This document shows, one piece after another, positions 8,808 to 17,651 of a DNA stretch of 49,561 bases; position 1 is the stretch's first letter; each line of letters starts with the position of its first letter. The DNA is from a virus. The stretch lies in IMG/VR virus record IMGVR_UViG_3300045988_174153, one strand, 5' to 3'. Under the pieces are notes generated by a model. It was not told the DNA's origin, made no database searches, and saw only the letters and a list, made by a program, of their open reading frames with translations. The position numbers and the translations under genes were made by a program.

Positions 8808-9545
8808 CTACGTGGTTTTCTTAACAGCTAGCACGTTGCAACGGTAACAACCTGGGTATGACGGGAAATCCGTGAAGCCATCGCACAGGGCATCGATGAT
8901 GTGCTGCCCGCGCTGCCACACCCGCTCGGCTTTCTCACGGTCATAGTCAAGTGTGAAAATCTCCACATCGGACACTTGCGAAGCATCCCTCGGGATAAAA
9001 ACGACTTTGATCTTGTGCACCGTCCCCTCGCCGTCGCGGCGCTCCTTACCGAGCGCGTAGAGGTGGGTCTGTGCGACGTAGGCGATGTACTTGGCTTTAG
9101 CGCTGTCACCCGTTACGTCCGGAACATCTCCGTGCATTGAGAACACCGCGCTGAGCGCCTTCAGCTTGGAGCGGGTGGTCGTCTTGTAATCGACGATCGT
9201 CCCGTCCTCAGGGTCGTAGGCGTCGGCCGTGGACCGGATCAGTCCGTAGTTCTCGTAGAGGCCGAGCTCGAAGCGCTGTTCCAACTCCCACTTGGGGAAG
9301 AGCCGCTTCGCCCAGTACTCCAAACCCCGGTGGATGTCGGTTCCGATCCTAGCGCCCATAACGAAGTTGGACTCCCGCATCTCGCGCGGCACCAACTCGA
9401 CCCCGCTCTTGTCCTTGATACCAGGAAGGATGTCCTCGGCCAGACACAGCGCACACGGGTTGGAGAGGTTCGAGGCGCCCACCCGGATCTGCTTGTCACG
9501 CCGCGTCTGCGGCGTGAACAGCGATAGTAGTTCGTCGTTCCTCAT
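8808..9545 (-). CDS. PD-(D/E)XK exonuclease, Cas4/RecB-like with Cys cluster
   Basis: Motifs IVDYKTT and QTHLYA. N-terminal NPCALC plus C-terminal CDG..PGCYRC cysteines are consistent with a Cas4-type Fe-S nuclease. Confidence 0.7.
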   Translation of the reverse strand: MRNDELLSLFTPQTRRDKQIRVGASNLSNPCALCLAEDILPGIKDKSGVELVPREMRESNFVMGARIGTDIHRGLEYWAKRLFPKWELEQRFELGLYENYGLIRSTADAYDPEDGTIVDYKTTTRSKLKALSAVFSMHGDVPDVTGDSAKAKYIAYVAQTHLYALGKERRDGEGTVHKIKVVFIPRDASQVSDVEIFTLDYDREKAERVWQRGQHIIDALCDGFTDFPSYPGCYRCNVLAVKKTT

Positions 9546-9910
9546 ACCAGTTGAAGCTCCCAGCCTTTGTTAATCGCGAAGTTGATAATGTGTTTGCACT
9601 CGATGACAGCAGGTGTGTCGCCGGTGTTGTGCAAGATGATCGGACCGTCCTTGTATTTCAGTGTAGTGTGCGGTTCGAGTGCCGCCCGTTGAGTGTCTCG
9701 CTGGCCCCACACGTGTTGAATGAACGGCACGGGTGCAAAATAGAGCAGATCGTTTTCCATGAGGTTGCGCATGTCCGCTAGCCCAAGGCAGTACTCTGCA
9801 CCGTTAACGTCCAACCACTTCTTAAGCGCAGGGATGAAGGCATACCGTTTATCCAAATTGTCAAACAGTATGAAGTTGTCCTTTAACTGCTCTTTAATGT
9901 AGTCGTCCAT
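9542..9910 (-). CDS. Hypothetical protein
   Basis: ATG 9910 preceded by GAGAAAGGAGGAACGAA. The upstream part of the track ORF is Ser/Thr-rich read-through. Confidence 0.7.
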   Translation of the reverse strand: MDDYIKEQLKDNFILFDNLDKRYAFIPALKKWLDVNGAEYCLGLADMRNLMENDLLYFAPVPFIQHVWGQRDTQRAALEPHTTLKYKDGPIILHNTGDTPAVIECKHIINFAINKGWELQLV

Positions 9911-9929
9911 TTCGTTCCTCCTTTCTCGT

Positions 9930-10139
9930 CTAACCGAGAACGACAGCCTCTTCGGCACCGAACTCGGTATTGTTCGACTCGAAGAACTCATCGTAATGCT
10001 CGTTGTACCCCACGAGGCAGTCGAACAGGTCGAGAGACTCAACCGGATACAGCTGGTAGCCCCTGGCCACGAACAGCTTCAAATCGCCGTACTTGGCACG
10101 GGCCTTCTCAAGGTCGTCGATGAACTCCGAAATCGTCAT
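9930..10139 (-). CDS. Hypothetical small protein
   Basis: ATG 10139 with SD GAGAAAGGAACGCACC. An alternative ATG lies at 10166. Confidence 0.6.
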   Translation of the reverse strand: MTISEFIDDLEKARAKYGDLKLFVARGYQLYPVESLDLFDCLVGYNEHYDEFFESNNTEFGAEEAVVLG

Positions 10140-10180
10140 GGTGCGTTCCTTTCTCTCAGTTGTCATGTGCCTCCACCATA

Positions 10181-10217
10181 CACACAGCCCCCCGACAGTG
10201 CAAGCCGGGGCTGTGTG
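10181..10217 (-). terminator. Hairpin after the helicase gene
   Basis: CACACAGCCCC ..15 nt.. GGGGCTGTGTG. Confidence 0.5.
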
Positions 10218-10224
10218 AGTTGTA

Positions 10225-11700
10225 TCACTTGTTCAGGACGGCCCTGTTGGCCTCCGCCTGGCCGGCGAGCCGTTGGAACGTGCCGTCGTCCATCGTGTCT
10301 CGGGCCTGGAAGTAGTAGCGGGTGATTCGCTCCGCAGGCTGGCCCATCCGGTTCAGCCTTCCCTTCGCCTGCTCACACAGCATTCCGTTCAGGTCCTCGT
10401 CCAACCACACCTCGACGTGGCACACGCGCTGCAGCCCGTCCAGTCCCTCCGCCGCGGCTCCGACAGTGCACAGCAAGACCTGCACATCACCCTCTGTGAA
10501 CCCTGCAAACGCTTCACTACGCGCCTTAGCCGACTGCGCGCCCGTGTACAGGGCTGTCTTCGCACACACCCTGTGAGCTACGGCATTCGCGAAACGCTGG
10601 CTCGATGTGAACACCAGCACTTTGTCGTGTGCGTGATGCTTCTCGATCAGCGCGTTCAGCATGTCCAGCTTTCTAGAGGGGCAGTCAGGGTCGAACGTGA
10701 CCGAATCCATATCGGTTTCCGGGTCGTACACCATACACGGCTCTCCCAACGTCACCTGGCGTAGACGCAGTAGCTTAACCAATGGGATCGATGCCACGAG
10801 CAAGCCGCCCTCCACCTCGGAGATCAGCTCGTATTGCAGTTTGTCATATATATCGCGCTGTTTGTGCGTCAGCTCGCACTCGACGATGCGAGTGTCCACC
10901 GGCTTCCGCTCCGCAGGCAGGCCGACCACACATGGCAAAGAACGAAGGAAAGCTCCGGGTTCCTTCTCGGCGACGATCGTCTCGATCTCCTGCAGCCTAC
11001 CGTACCTGTCGTGGATCCAACTGTTCTGAACAATGCACCACCGCGCCTTCCAGCGATGGAACGACCCCTCCACGTACAACCAGTCCCTCTTGTCGTGGGA
11101 CAGCGGCACACGGGACGGGTCTTCCACGTTCCACCACAACCAGCGGCAAATCGACCACAGTCCCTCGAATCGATTTCCTTGTGGTGTGGCCGACATCGCC
11201 AGTTTGAAGCCGGCATTCCGCAGACTCCACATGGCCTTTGCCCGTCCCGATTTACGGTTCGACGCCGACTGAACCTCATCGTACACCACGAAGTCCGGCT
11301 TGGCCTTAATCCAGGGGAGAAGGTTTTTCTTGCCCTTCTCAGCATTCTTCCCGTTCAAATCTGACAGGCCGAGGTACTCCCGTCCCACGTAGTACACGCC
11401 GGGGGTTCGCGCACACAGATCGTAGAAGTAGTCGAGGTGCTTAGAATCGATCCGCTTGAACGGCAGGTCCACGCCCTGCCGGGCGAACGTCGCCTTCCAA
11501 GCGCTGACGATCTGCGGCTTCGCCGGGCCTACGATCAACGTCGTCACCGGGTCAAGCCGCTTCATTACCTCCACCGCGCACAGGGTCTTGCCCGTCCCCG
11601 TGTCCGACACGTCCAAAGCAGCCCGGAGGCCGTCCCGCTGTGCGACGACGGCCTCCACCTTCTCCAGCTGCGCCGGTGTGAGCTCCAATGGCGGGTTCAT
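10225..11700 (-). CDS. SNF2/DEAD-like superfamily 2 helicase
   Basis: Motif I DTGTGKT, motif II VYDEVQ, motif III MSATP, plus a C-terminal helicase domain. ATG 11700 overlaps the upstream stop (ATGA). Confidence 0.8.
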   Translation of the reverse strand: MNPPLELTPAQLEKVEAVVAQRDGLRAALDVSDTGTGKTLCAVEVMKRLDPVTTLIVGPAKPQIVSAWKATFARQGVDLPFKRIDSKHLDYFYDLCARTPGVYYVGREYLGLSDLNGKNAEKGKKNLLPWIKAKPDFVVYDEVQSASNRKSGRAKAMWSLRNAGFKLAMSATPQGNRFEGLWSICRWLWWNVEDPSRVPLSHDKRDWLYVEGSFHRWKARWCIVQNSWIHDRYGRLQEIETIVAEKEPGAFLRSLPCVVGLPAERKPVDTRIVECELTHKQRDIYDKLQYELISEVEGGLLVASIPLVKLLRLRQVTLGEPCMVYDPETDMDSVTFDPDCPSRKLDMLNALIEKHHAHDKVLVFTSSQRFANAVAHRVCAKTALYTGAQSAKARSEAFAGFTEGDVQVLLCTVGAAAEGLDGLQRVCHVEVWLDEDLNGMLCEQAKGRLNRMGQPAERITRYYFQARDTMDDGTFQRLAGQAEANRAVLNK

Positions 11701-12257
11701 GCCCTCACCACCTCGAACTTCGCACACGACACATCGATGGAGCGGACCAGGATATCCATGTTCAACCCGATCGAGAACGCCTTGATGTAGTACTTGTCCG
11801 CATCCGCCTTACCTTCCTTATCTTTCGTCAGGAAGAACTCGACGCCGTCGTAAAGGCGCCTACACCACACGTAACCCTGGCTCTTCAGCAGGCCGGTCAC
11901 CGAGTCCGGCGCACAGTCCTCACCCTTCGCATGGAACGGTGGGTCATAGAAGCGATCCACCGTGTGCCGTGACGCGTCATAGTAGTACCCGGACGGAGCC
12001 ACATCGGGGCTGATCGGCGGGCCGTCCTGCTTGACGAGGATCAAACGGATACCGTTGCACGTGTAGAACACCTTCCTCTCCGACGCGTACCCGATGCTGA
12101 TCGCACGGAACGGCTTGCCCGCCGCATCCTCGACCAGCTCTTTGTGCGACCCGTGCATCGCCTCCCTCGACGTTGGCACGTACTCGATCGTGTCGTCCGC
12201 ATTCACGGCGAACCACCCTTGAAGCTTGCCCTTCTTTCCGTACAGCAGTTGCCTCAC
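11697..12257 (-). CDS. Hypothetical protein
   Basis: 186-aa ORF. GTG start overlaps the whiB stop (GTGA). Confidence 0.65.
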   Translation of the reverse strand: MRQLLYGKKGKLQGWFAVNADDTIEYVPTSREAMHGSHKELVEDAAGKPFRAISIGYASERKVFYTCNGIRLILVKQDGPPISPDVAPSGYYYDASRHTVDRFYDPPFHAKGEDCAPDSVTGLLKSQGYVWCRRLYDGVEFFLTKDKEGKADADKYYIKAFSIGLNMDILVRSIDVSCAKFEVVRA

Positions 12258-12541
12258 AGCTTGCCCTCCTCTTCTCTCCTAGCCCGGCGCTCGAACGAGT
12301 CTTCCCCGCCTATCACGCCGAACAGCCTTTTCTGTCCTTTCTCCACGCGGTCCGCATAGTCTCTGCACTCACGTCGCACGGGACAAATCGAGCACACCCA
12401 CTTGGCCCGATCATAGTAGGGGTCGTCCTCCACATCGGCCCCCTCGCGGGGGGCGAAGAACAGGTGCATGCCGATGTCGCTCTTCTTGCAGCGCGCCTGC
12501 TTGACCCATTCTTCGTTCCCCCAGATGTCGGCGATGTCCAT
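12254..12541 (-). CDS. whiB: WhiB-family (Wbl) Fe-S transcription factor
   Basis: Four Cys in the WhiB pattern (ARC..x..VCSICPVRREC) followed by GVIGGE, corresponding to the GVWGG turn. Confidence 0.8.
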   Translation of the reverse strand: MDIADIWGNEEWVKQARCKKSDIGMHLFFAPREGADVEDDPYYDRAKWVCSICPVRRECRDYADRVEKGQKRLFGVIGGEDSFERRARREEEGKL

Positions 12542-13083
12542 TACTGCTTCTTCACACACCCCTTGAGACGGGACAGCTGGGGTCCGACTGGGTTACGGTA
12601 ATGCCCCTTGACGCTATACGGTTCCTTCGCCTTCGACGACAGTTTCATAAACGAAACCTGTGCGATCGGTTCCACGCCGGTCGAATCCAGCAACAAATCG
12701 AAAACCGTCGGAAGGACCAGCGGATAAGCATTGACGTTGTACAGTTCGAGCGTCACATGCCCGGAGAATCCGGGGTCGATGAAGCCCGCGGTGATGTGCG
12801 TCAACAGCCCGAGGCGGCCCCAGCTCGACCGGCCCTCTATTTGAGCAGCGATATTCGCTGGGAGGGAGAACTTTTCCAAAGTCACACCCAACCACAGCTC
12901 GTGGGGCGGGAGAATGAACTCACTCCGTGCACCCCAGGCCACATGACGCTCACCCGTCTTCGTGTTGAGGAAGTACGGGCCTAGGTGCACGTCGTAGCTA
13001 GCCGGCTGAAGGCAATCGTCGCGGAGCGGATATACCAGTTCCTTACTCTTCGCCAGTTTTTTAATGTCCTTGTCAGATAACAT
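12541..13083 (-). CDS. dcd: dCTP deaminase (Dcd/dUTPase superfamily)
   Basis: MLSDKDI.., QPASYDVHLG, GFIDPGFSGHVTLELYN, IAQVSF and KGHYRNP are typical of Dcd. ATG 13083. Confidence 0.8.
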   Translation of the reverse strand: MLSDKDIKKLAKSKELVYPLRDDCLQPASYDVHLGPYFLNTKTGERHVAWGARSEFILPPHELWLGVTLEKFSLPANIAAQIEGRSSWGRLGLLTHITAGFIDPGFSGHVTLELYNVNAYPLVLPTVFDLLLDSTGVEPIAQVSFMKLSSKAKEPYSVKGHYRNPVGPQLSRLKGCVKKQ

Positions 13084-13681
13084 TAAAAGACAGCTCCTTT
13101 CCATTTAGTGTGTATTGATTCAGTCTGAACACCACGACGGGTTTTTTGTCGTCGGGGTCGGCTGCGCAGATGCGCAGCATGTCGAAGCCGTCGCCGCGGC
13201 TGACGTCGACGTGGCCCACCGTGAAAGGGACCCTATTCGCGTCGATGCGCACACGGGAGGCGCCGTTCGACACAGCGTCGTAGTCGTCGTCCAGGTGAAG
13301 GCACAGCCCGCCGTCCGACGTCGACACGGACTGGACGCGAGAGCCCACCAGCGTCTCCCTCATATGGGAGACGAAGACGGGTAGCGGATCGGTCGGCTGG
13401 GACAGCCCGATCACGGCGACGACGGCATTCATTTCGTCGAACAGCTGCCACGTGTACGACCCGTCTTCCATCCGTCTGCGCGCCATGCGCTTGAGAGGCA
13501 CAGTAGGTGCCGGGTGGGCAACGGTGAACTCAGACTTCTTCAAGTACACCGAGGCGCCGTTGTCGAAGAAGAACGTCGTTCTGTGGGCCGCGTCGACAAT
13601 GCGGTCTACGGTCCGCCCTTCTCGCACAAGGGGGTCGAACAGGTCGAATACATGCTGGAGTAGCTTCTCGTCCTTACTCAT
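13073..13681 (-). CDS. Hypothetical protein
   Basis: ATG 13681 overlaps the upstream stop by 8 nt. 202 aa. Confidence 0.65.
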   Translation of the reverse strand: MSKDEKLLQHVFDLFDPLVREGRTVDRIVDAAHRTTFFFDNGASVYLKKSEFTVAHPAPTVPLKRMARRRMEDGSYTWQLFDEMNAVVAVIGLSQPTDPLPVFVSHMRETLVGSRVQSVSTSDGGLCLHLDDDYDAVSNGASRVRIDANRVPFTVGHVDVSRGDGFDMLRICAADPDDKKPVVVFRLNQYTLNGKELSFNVI

Positions 13682-14234
13682 CGGCCACGTCTCCGTCTTT
13701 GAAAAGCAGCTCGACAGCATGACCCGCTACGGTTTCGATGTATATCGCATCCCCTTGATCGAGGATGTGTTCCACCGGCGAATCTACCGCCAACCAATTC
13801 ACGAAGGCACCCGTCAAGCCGTCGGCATCCGCTGTGAACACCACACCACTGGCGAGTGTTACATACTTCTTGTGTTGGTTGACGTTCATCGAGTCGTGCA
13901 GGTTCTTACCGTACAGCTCGCTGAGCAGCCACTCCTTCCGGGTGACGTTCTTAAGCTCCACGTCTGCGATGACGTCGCCGTCCTCGTTGAAGAGCCGAAC
14001 CTGCCTAAATTGGTCGTTGTACTTCACGTGGTTCACAAGCACGTCGAGCTTGTTCAAGCCATAGCGGACCACTCTACAGCCCCACTCTTTCGCTTTGTTG
14101 CGCAGAGGGAACGCTACGTAACCGTACGGGCTTTTGAAGAGCAAACTGCCGTCCCTGACCTCCATGCCGATCAACGAGAATCCTTCAAGTTCTTTCAATG
14201 CGTCTACGTAGTCCTGCGGTCTTTTGAAACCCAT
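13674..14234 (-). CDS. Hypothetical protein
   Basis: ATG 14234 with SD GAGAGAAAGGAACACG. Confidence 0.7.
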   Translation of the reverse strand: MGFKRPQDYVDALKELEGFSLIGMEVRDGSLLFKSPYGYVAFPLRNKAKEWGCRVVRYGLNKLDVLVNHVKYNDQFRQVRLFNEDGDVIADVELKNVTRKEWLLSELYGKNLHDSMNVNQHKKYVTLASGVVFTADADGLTGAFVNWLAVDSPVEHILDQGDAIYIETVAGHAVELLFKDGDVADE

Positions 14235-14287
14235 ATTACGTGTTCCTTTCTCTCGGCGATGTGCGTATTAAACAGTGTATACAGAAA

Positions 14288-14313
14288 GGGCGGGGGCCGT
14301 CAAGCCCCCGCCC
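14288..14313 (-). terminator. Intrinsic-terminator-like hairpin
   Basis: GGGCGGGGGC cgtcaa GCCCCCGCCC, followed on the minus strand by TTTCTGT. Confidence 0.6.
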
Positions 14314-14334
14314 TGTGAAATGTGTCACTGTCTG

Positions 14335-14661
14335 TTACAGCTCGGCGCATTTGCGAACAGACGTCAAACGCCACGAACCCGTCGAACAGTTGTTCTCCTC
14401 CCACGATTCGCAGATCGCGAAGCTCGGGGCCGGCTTCAGCGTCAAAGAGCCGTCCACTTCCCTCCACAGCTTACACAGCGTCCGGGTCGAGCAGCTGTCC
14501 GGACTGGGGTTGACGCCTTCGTCCACGGGGGAGAAGTCACACAGCCACACAACGCCCACGTCGTCCGACCGGGATAGCGTCCGCCACGGGTTCGTCTCCT
14601 GGCATTCCGCAACAGGTGGAAACAACACCGCATCGTACAAAGACAAGCGCATGTGCTCCAT
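14335..14661 (-). CDS. Hypothetical protein (ORF B; possibly the C-terminal part of a frameshifted gene)
   Basis: Protein-like composition. This frame is open upstream to 14727. It overlaps ORF A by 220 nt. Confidence 0.5.
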   Translation of the reverse strand: MEHMRLSLYDAVLFPPVAECQETNPWRTLSRSDDVGVVWLCDFSPVDEGVNPSPDSCSTRTLCKLWREVDGSLTLKPAPSFAICESWEENNCSTGSWRLTSVRKCAEL

Positions 14662-14870
14662 ATATGCCTGGGGGCTGTCGAACCGTGTAGCTCGTATGGG
14701 TCCAACGGTTCTACGAACACCGAAACGTTATCGAGCTCCTTGAGAGGGACCAGTCTTACCGTGTGCGCTTCGTTATCCACGTGCAACACGCCGTACATCG
14801 AACCCTCGAAACAGATGTAGTACTCTCTCAGCCCACGGCCCTGACCAAGCGGAATAAATTTCAAACCCAC
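14442..14870 (-). CDS. Hypothetical protein (ORF A; only about the first 70 codons look coding)
   Basis: GTG 14870 lies downstream of GGAAGGAG. After about 14655 the translation becomes Arg/Cys-rich, typical of an off-frame read in GC-rich DNA. Confidence 0.4.
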   Translation of the reverse strand: MGLKFIPLGQGRGLREYYICFEGSMYGVLHVDNEAHTVRLVPLKELDNVSVFVEPLDPYELHGSTAPRHIWSTCACLCTMRCCFHLLRNARRRTRGGRYPGRTTWALCGCVTSPPWTKASTPVRTAARPGRCVSCGGKWTAL

Positions 14871-14893
14871 GGTAAACAGCGTCTCCTTCCAAT

Positions 14894-15109
14894 CTAACCC
14901 AAATAGAAAAGACCGATCGTCTCGTGATGAGGGTAGAGCATCACCCTCAGCCGCTTCGTCAGCGGGTTGTAACGAGACATGTACCGCGCCTCGTCCTCCT
15001 TCACGGTCGTCGTACCGTCCGCCATGTGATAGCGCACGATTAGCTCGTTACCGCCCTTAGGGGTTTTATAAGCGTTCGCTATAGCCCGAGCGATGTCCTT
15101 GTACGTCAT
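14894..15109 (-). CDS. Hypothetical small protein
   Basis: ATG 15109 overlaps the upstream stop (ATGA). Confidence 0.65.
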   Translation of the reverse strand: MTYKDIARAIANAYKTPKGGNELIVRYHMADGTTTVKEDEARYMSRYNPLTKRLRVMLYPHHETIGLFYLG

Positions 15110-15570
15110 ATGACAAGGCACCTCACCTCGAACGTTCGGACGAACTCATTTTTCTTCATGTCGAACGGCTCACCTGTATCCGGCACGCAGTGGATCATCT
15201 TAGTCTTGGTGTCGTATGTCAAGTCACCTAAGAAAAAATCGTCAACTGACTGCAACGACACCGCCACACAACCGTGCAACATCTCCGTATAGGGATTCGG
15301 CTCGTTATCCCCCACCCTGAACATGTTCGGCCAGTCTTCCGGCACCAACTCCTGCAGCACCGTGTTATAGCACATGTCATGCGGCAGGCGGTGATGCACC
15401 AGAAGAACATCCCCGTAGGGGTTCGTATACGGCGCCGCCTCATCGCACGTCGTCAAGCCGAACGGCGTTGGCAGGTCTTCGTCAAAGCGAGGACTGTTCG
15501 CGTCCACGCACACGAAACCACGATTCCGGATATAGGCGTACAGGGAATCCTCGTGATCATAGAACAGCAT
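15106..15570 (-). CDS. Hypothetical protein
   Basis: ATG 15570 with SD GAAAGGAGGATTAAC. Confidence 0.7.
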   Translation of the reverse strand: MLFYDHEDSLYAYIRNRGFVCVDANSPRFDEDLPTPFGLTTCDEAAPYTNPYGDVLLVHHRLPHDMCYNTVLQELVPEDWPNMFRVGDNEPNPYTEMLHGCVAVSLQSVDDFFLGDLTYDTKTKMIHCVPDTGEPFDMKKNEFVRTFEVRCLVI

Positions 15571-15583
15571 GTTAATCCTCCTT

Positions 15584-16123
15584 TCAGTCAGGCTCGACGA
15601 TAACCAACCACGGATCGCCCGATGTCTCGTCTTCAAAGAACGACGTGATCTTATCGGCATCAGTATACGTCTCCTCGATCACAGACACCGCACTGGCCTC
15701 CGACTTGATTTCCACCAAAGCCCCGGAGGAGGTGATGACAGACGGCTCCTCCAACCTGACCTCCACCGAAGCAGCGGCGGAGAGAGCGACAGATCGCTCC
15801 TCCGACCCTTCTTCGAACCCCCGACGGACGACGAAAGACAGGCGACGCTGTTCGTGGTTCAAAAGCACTGCGACCTTCTCCACGTCGTGGTCCAACGTGA
15901 AACCAAACTTCGAACCGTCTGCGCCGCAGTCCACCGTCGTAGACGCCAACTCCGCGTCGTCGACGTCGAAGAGCGTCGTCTTACACTCCCAACCGCCCGT
16001 ATAGCGCTTCGTAAAGGACGACACCCACTGCCCATTCGGCGTCGCCGGAATCTCCATACTCCTCAAGTGCGGTGTCTTAGCCAGTTCTGCCAGAAGACCC
16101 GGCGTGTACTTCGTTCCAATCAT
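15584..16123 (-). CDS. Hypothetical protein
   Basis: ATG 16123 with SD GGGAAAGGAGAG. Confidence 0.7.
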   Translation of the reverse strand: MIGTKYTPGLLAELAKTPHLRSMEIPATPNGQWVSSFTKRYTGGWECKTTLFDVDDAELASTTVDCGADGSKFGFTLDHDVEKVAVLLNHEQRRLSFVVRRGFEEGSEERSVALSAAASVEVRLEEPSVITSSGALVEIKSEASAVSVIEETYTDADKITSFFEDETSGDPWLVIVEPD

Positions 16124-16145
16124 GCTATTTCTCTCCTTTCCCTTC

Positions 16146-16172
16146 GGAGCCCCGCGCAGAGCGCGGGGCTCC
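16146..16172. terminator. 12-bp GC hairpin between two early genes
   Basis: GGAGCCCCGCGC aga GCGCGGGGCTCC. There is no U-tract on the minus-strand (mRNA) side. The (GTT)n run follows on the plus strand. Confidence 0.4.
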
Positions 16173-16174
16173 GG

Positions 16175-16224
<50 letters not shown>

Positions 16225-16226
16225 GC

Positions 16227-16706
16227 TTAAAGCAGCCAGGCGGCTTCGCTCTCGGAGTAAGGACGGGTCGCCATCACGAGCTCTGCGAACGGCGCTATCA
16301 GGCTCACCGTCACATCGACCGGCCCGTACTCCACGGCCACCGCAGTGATACGGCGCCCGAACTCGCAATTCGGGCCCACCTGCACGTCAACGAACGGGAA
16401 GAGGTCAACGGGCTCCTCGCGTGTGCGGTCGTTATCTTTCAGGATTGCATAAAGCTGGCCGTCTTCCGCGTGGCGCACACCAACCAGTTTCTCGTCGAAG
16501 AGGGGCTCGAACCGCGTGCTCACGTTGTCCGACTTCAGCGTCATGAACTCGAACCCGTCTGCGTTGTAAAACCGCACAGTCGAGCCCTCAGCGGTGCGGG
16601 TGTCGACGATCGAAGCCGCCTGGCGGTCGACGACGTCGAGATGGTGTGTAACGGTTTTCGCATTGAACCAAGTGGCTGCATTCTCAACAGTGGGAGTGAT
16701 TCTCAT
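16227..16706 (-). CDS. Hypothetical protein
   Basis: ATG 16706 with SD AGAGAAAGGAAC. Confidence 0.7.
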   Translation of the reverse strand: MRITPTVENAATWFNAKTVTHHLDVVDRQAASIVDTRTAEGSTVRFYNADGFEFMTLKSDNVSTRFEPLFDEKLVGVRHAEDGQLYAILKDNDRTREEPVDLFPFVDVQVGPNCEFGRRITAVAVEYGPVDVTVSLIAPFAELVMATRPYSESEAAWLL

Positions 16707-16770
16707 AAGTAGTTCCTTTCTCTTGTTCGCGGCAGCTCATTCTGCTGCTGCTGTGGTTACAGTCTAGGCA

Positions 16771-16803
16771 CACACGGGGGCGGAAGTCAAGTGCCCCCGT
16801 GTG
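16771..16803 (-). terminator. Hairpin after tmk
   Basis: CACACGGGGGC ..11 nt.. GCCCCCGTGTG. Confidence 0.5.
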
Positions 16804-16812
16804 CGATGTGCG

Positions 16813-17436
16813 TCACATCAGCTCGGTTATCCAGTCGGCGATCTCCGTGGCCACGGAGTCGGGCGAGTCCTGTGCGCGGTCCACGACGATCGGTATGAAC
16901 CTCGACATACCCCCCGCGATGAACGCATCCGTCAGGAACTTCCGGTACGCCTCCGTTGTGCCGAGGGGGTTATAGGGGTCGGGGCCGGGGTAGTCCGGGT
17001 CCGTCAGCTCGGTGGGGTCGCGGGGCATCAACACGAACGTCGTCAGCGGAACACGGTTCAGCCAGTTCAGCGTGCGCGCTACGTTCTCCAAGATCTTTTC
17101 GTTTCTAAGGTGTGCGTACACCGCGGTGCTGAGCGCCCATCTGTCCAGAATGTACAGCGTCTCAGGCTGTTCTCCGTTCGCTGCGGTCGGAGTGTTGGGG
17201 AACAGCACGGGCTCCGGTCGGAAGGAGAGCCAGCTCTCCATGTCCCTCGCGTAGTCCTCCGCATCCAGGCAATACCCCCCGTTATTCGCACACTGCACGA
17301 GTGTGTCCGTAGGGAAGTGCCGTATGCGCACAGTGGAGTAGGCGGTGCGGTGTAGCAGCGGCTCTCTCAGAGCCGCTGCTACGGTCGACTTCCCCACGCC
17401 GTCAGGGCCCTCCAGTGCTACGTACGTTGCGGTCAT
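16813..17436 (-). CDS. tmk: Thymidylate (dNMP) kinase
   Basis: P-loop ALEGPDGVGKST and DRWALSTAVYA (corresponding to DRY..S..AY). About 207 aa. Confidence 0.75.
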   Translation of the reverse strand: MTATYVALEGPDGVGKSTVAAALREPLLHRTAYSTVRIRHFPTDTLVQCANNGGYCLDAEDYARDMESWLSFRPEPVLFPNTPTAANGEQPETLYILDRWALSTAVYAHLRNEKILENVARTLNWLNRVPLTTFVLMPRDPTELTDPDYPGPDPYNPLGTTEAYRKFLTDAFIAGGMSRFIPIVVDRAQDSPDSVATEIADWITELM

Positions 17437-17449
17437 CCTTCGCTCCTTT

Positions 17450-17484
17450 CGTCTATCGTCTATCGTCTATCGTCTATCGTCTAT
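17450..17484. repeat. Five perfect tandem copies of the heptamer CGTCTAT (ATAGACG on the mRNA strand), abutting the tmk SD
   Basis: Counted by position 17450-17484. It is followed on the minus strand by AAAGGAGCGAAGGATG. Confidence 0.95.
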
Positions 17485-17651
17485 TCTGCAGGTGCGGGGT
17501 GGGCGTGCAGGATATGCCCATCGCACACCCCTCTTCCGAGAACGCCTCGAACCACGTGTATTCCTCCACGGCGGTCCATCGCGGCGGGTTCTATCGTGCG
17601 GCCCGGAAGGGTCGCCAGGAGAGCGAGGTCGAAAAAGGCCAGTGGCTTCAT
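17481..17651 (-). CDS. Possible 56-aa ORF (MKPLAFFDLALLATLPG...)
   Basis: ATG 17651 overlaps the upstream stop (ATGA). GC3 is high in the first half. The stop TAG lies in the last heptamer repeat. No homology is recognisable. Confidence 0.3.
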   Translation of the reverse strand: MKPLAFFDLALLATLPGRTIEPAAMDRRGGIHVVRGVLGRGVCDGHILHAHPAPAE

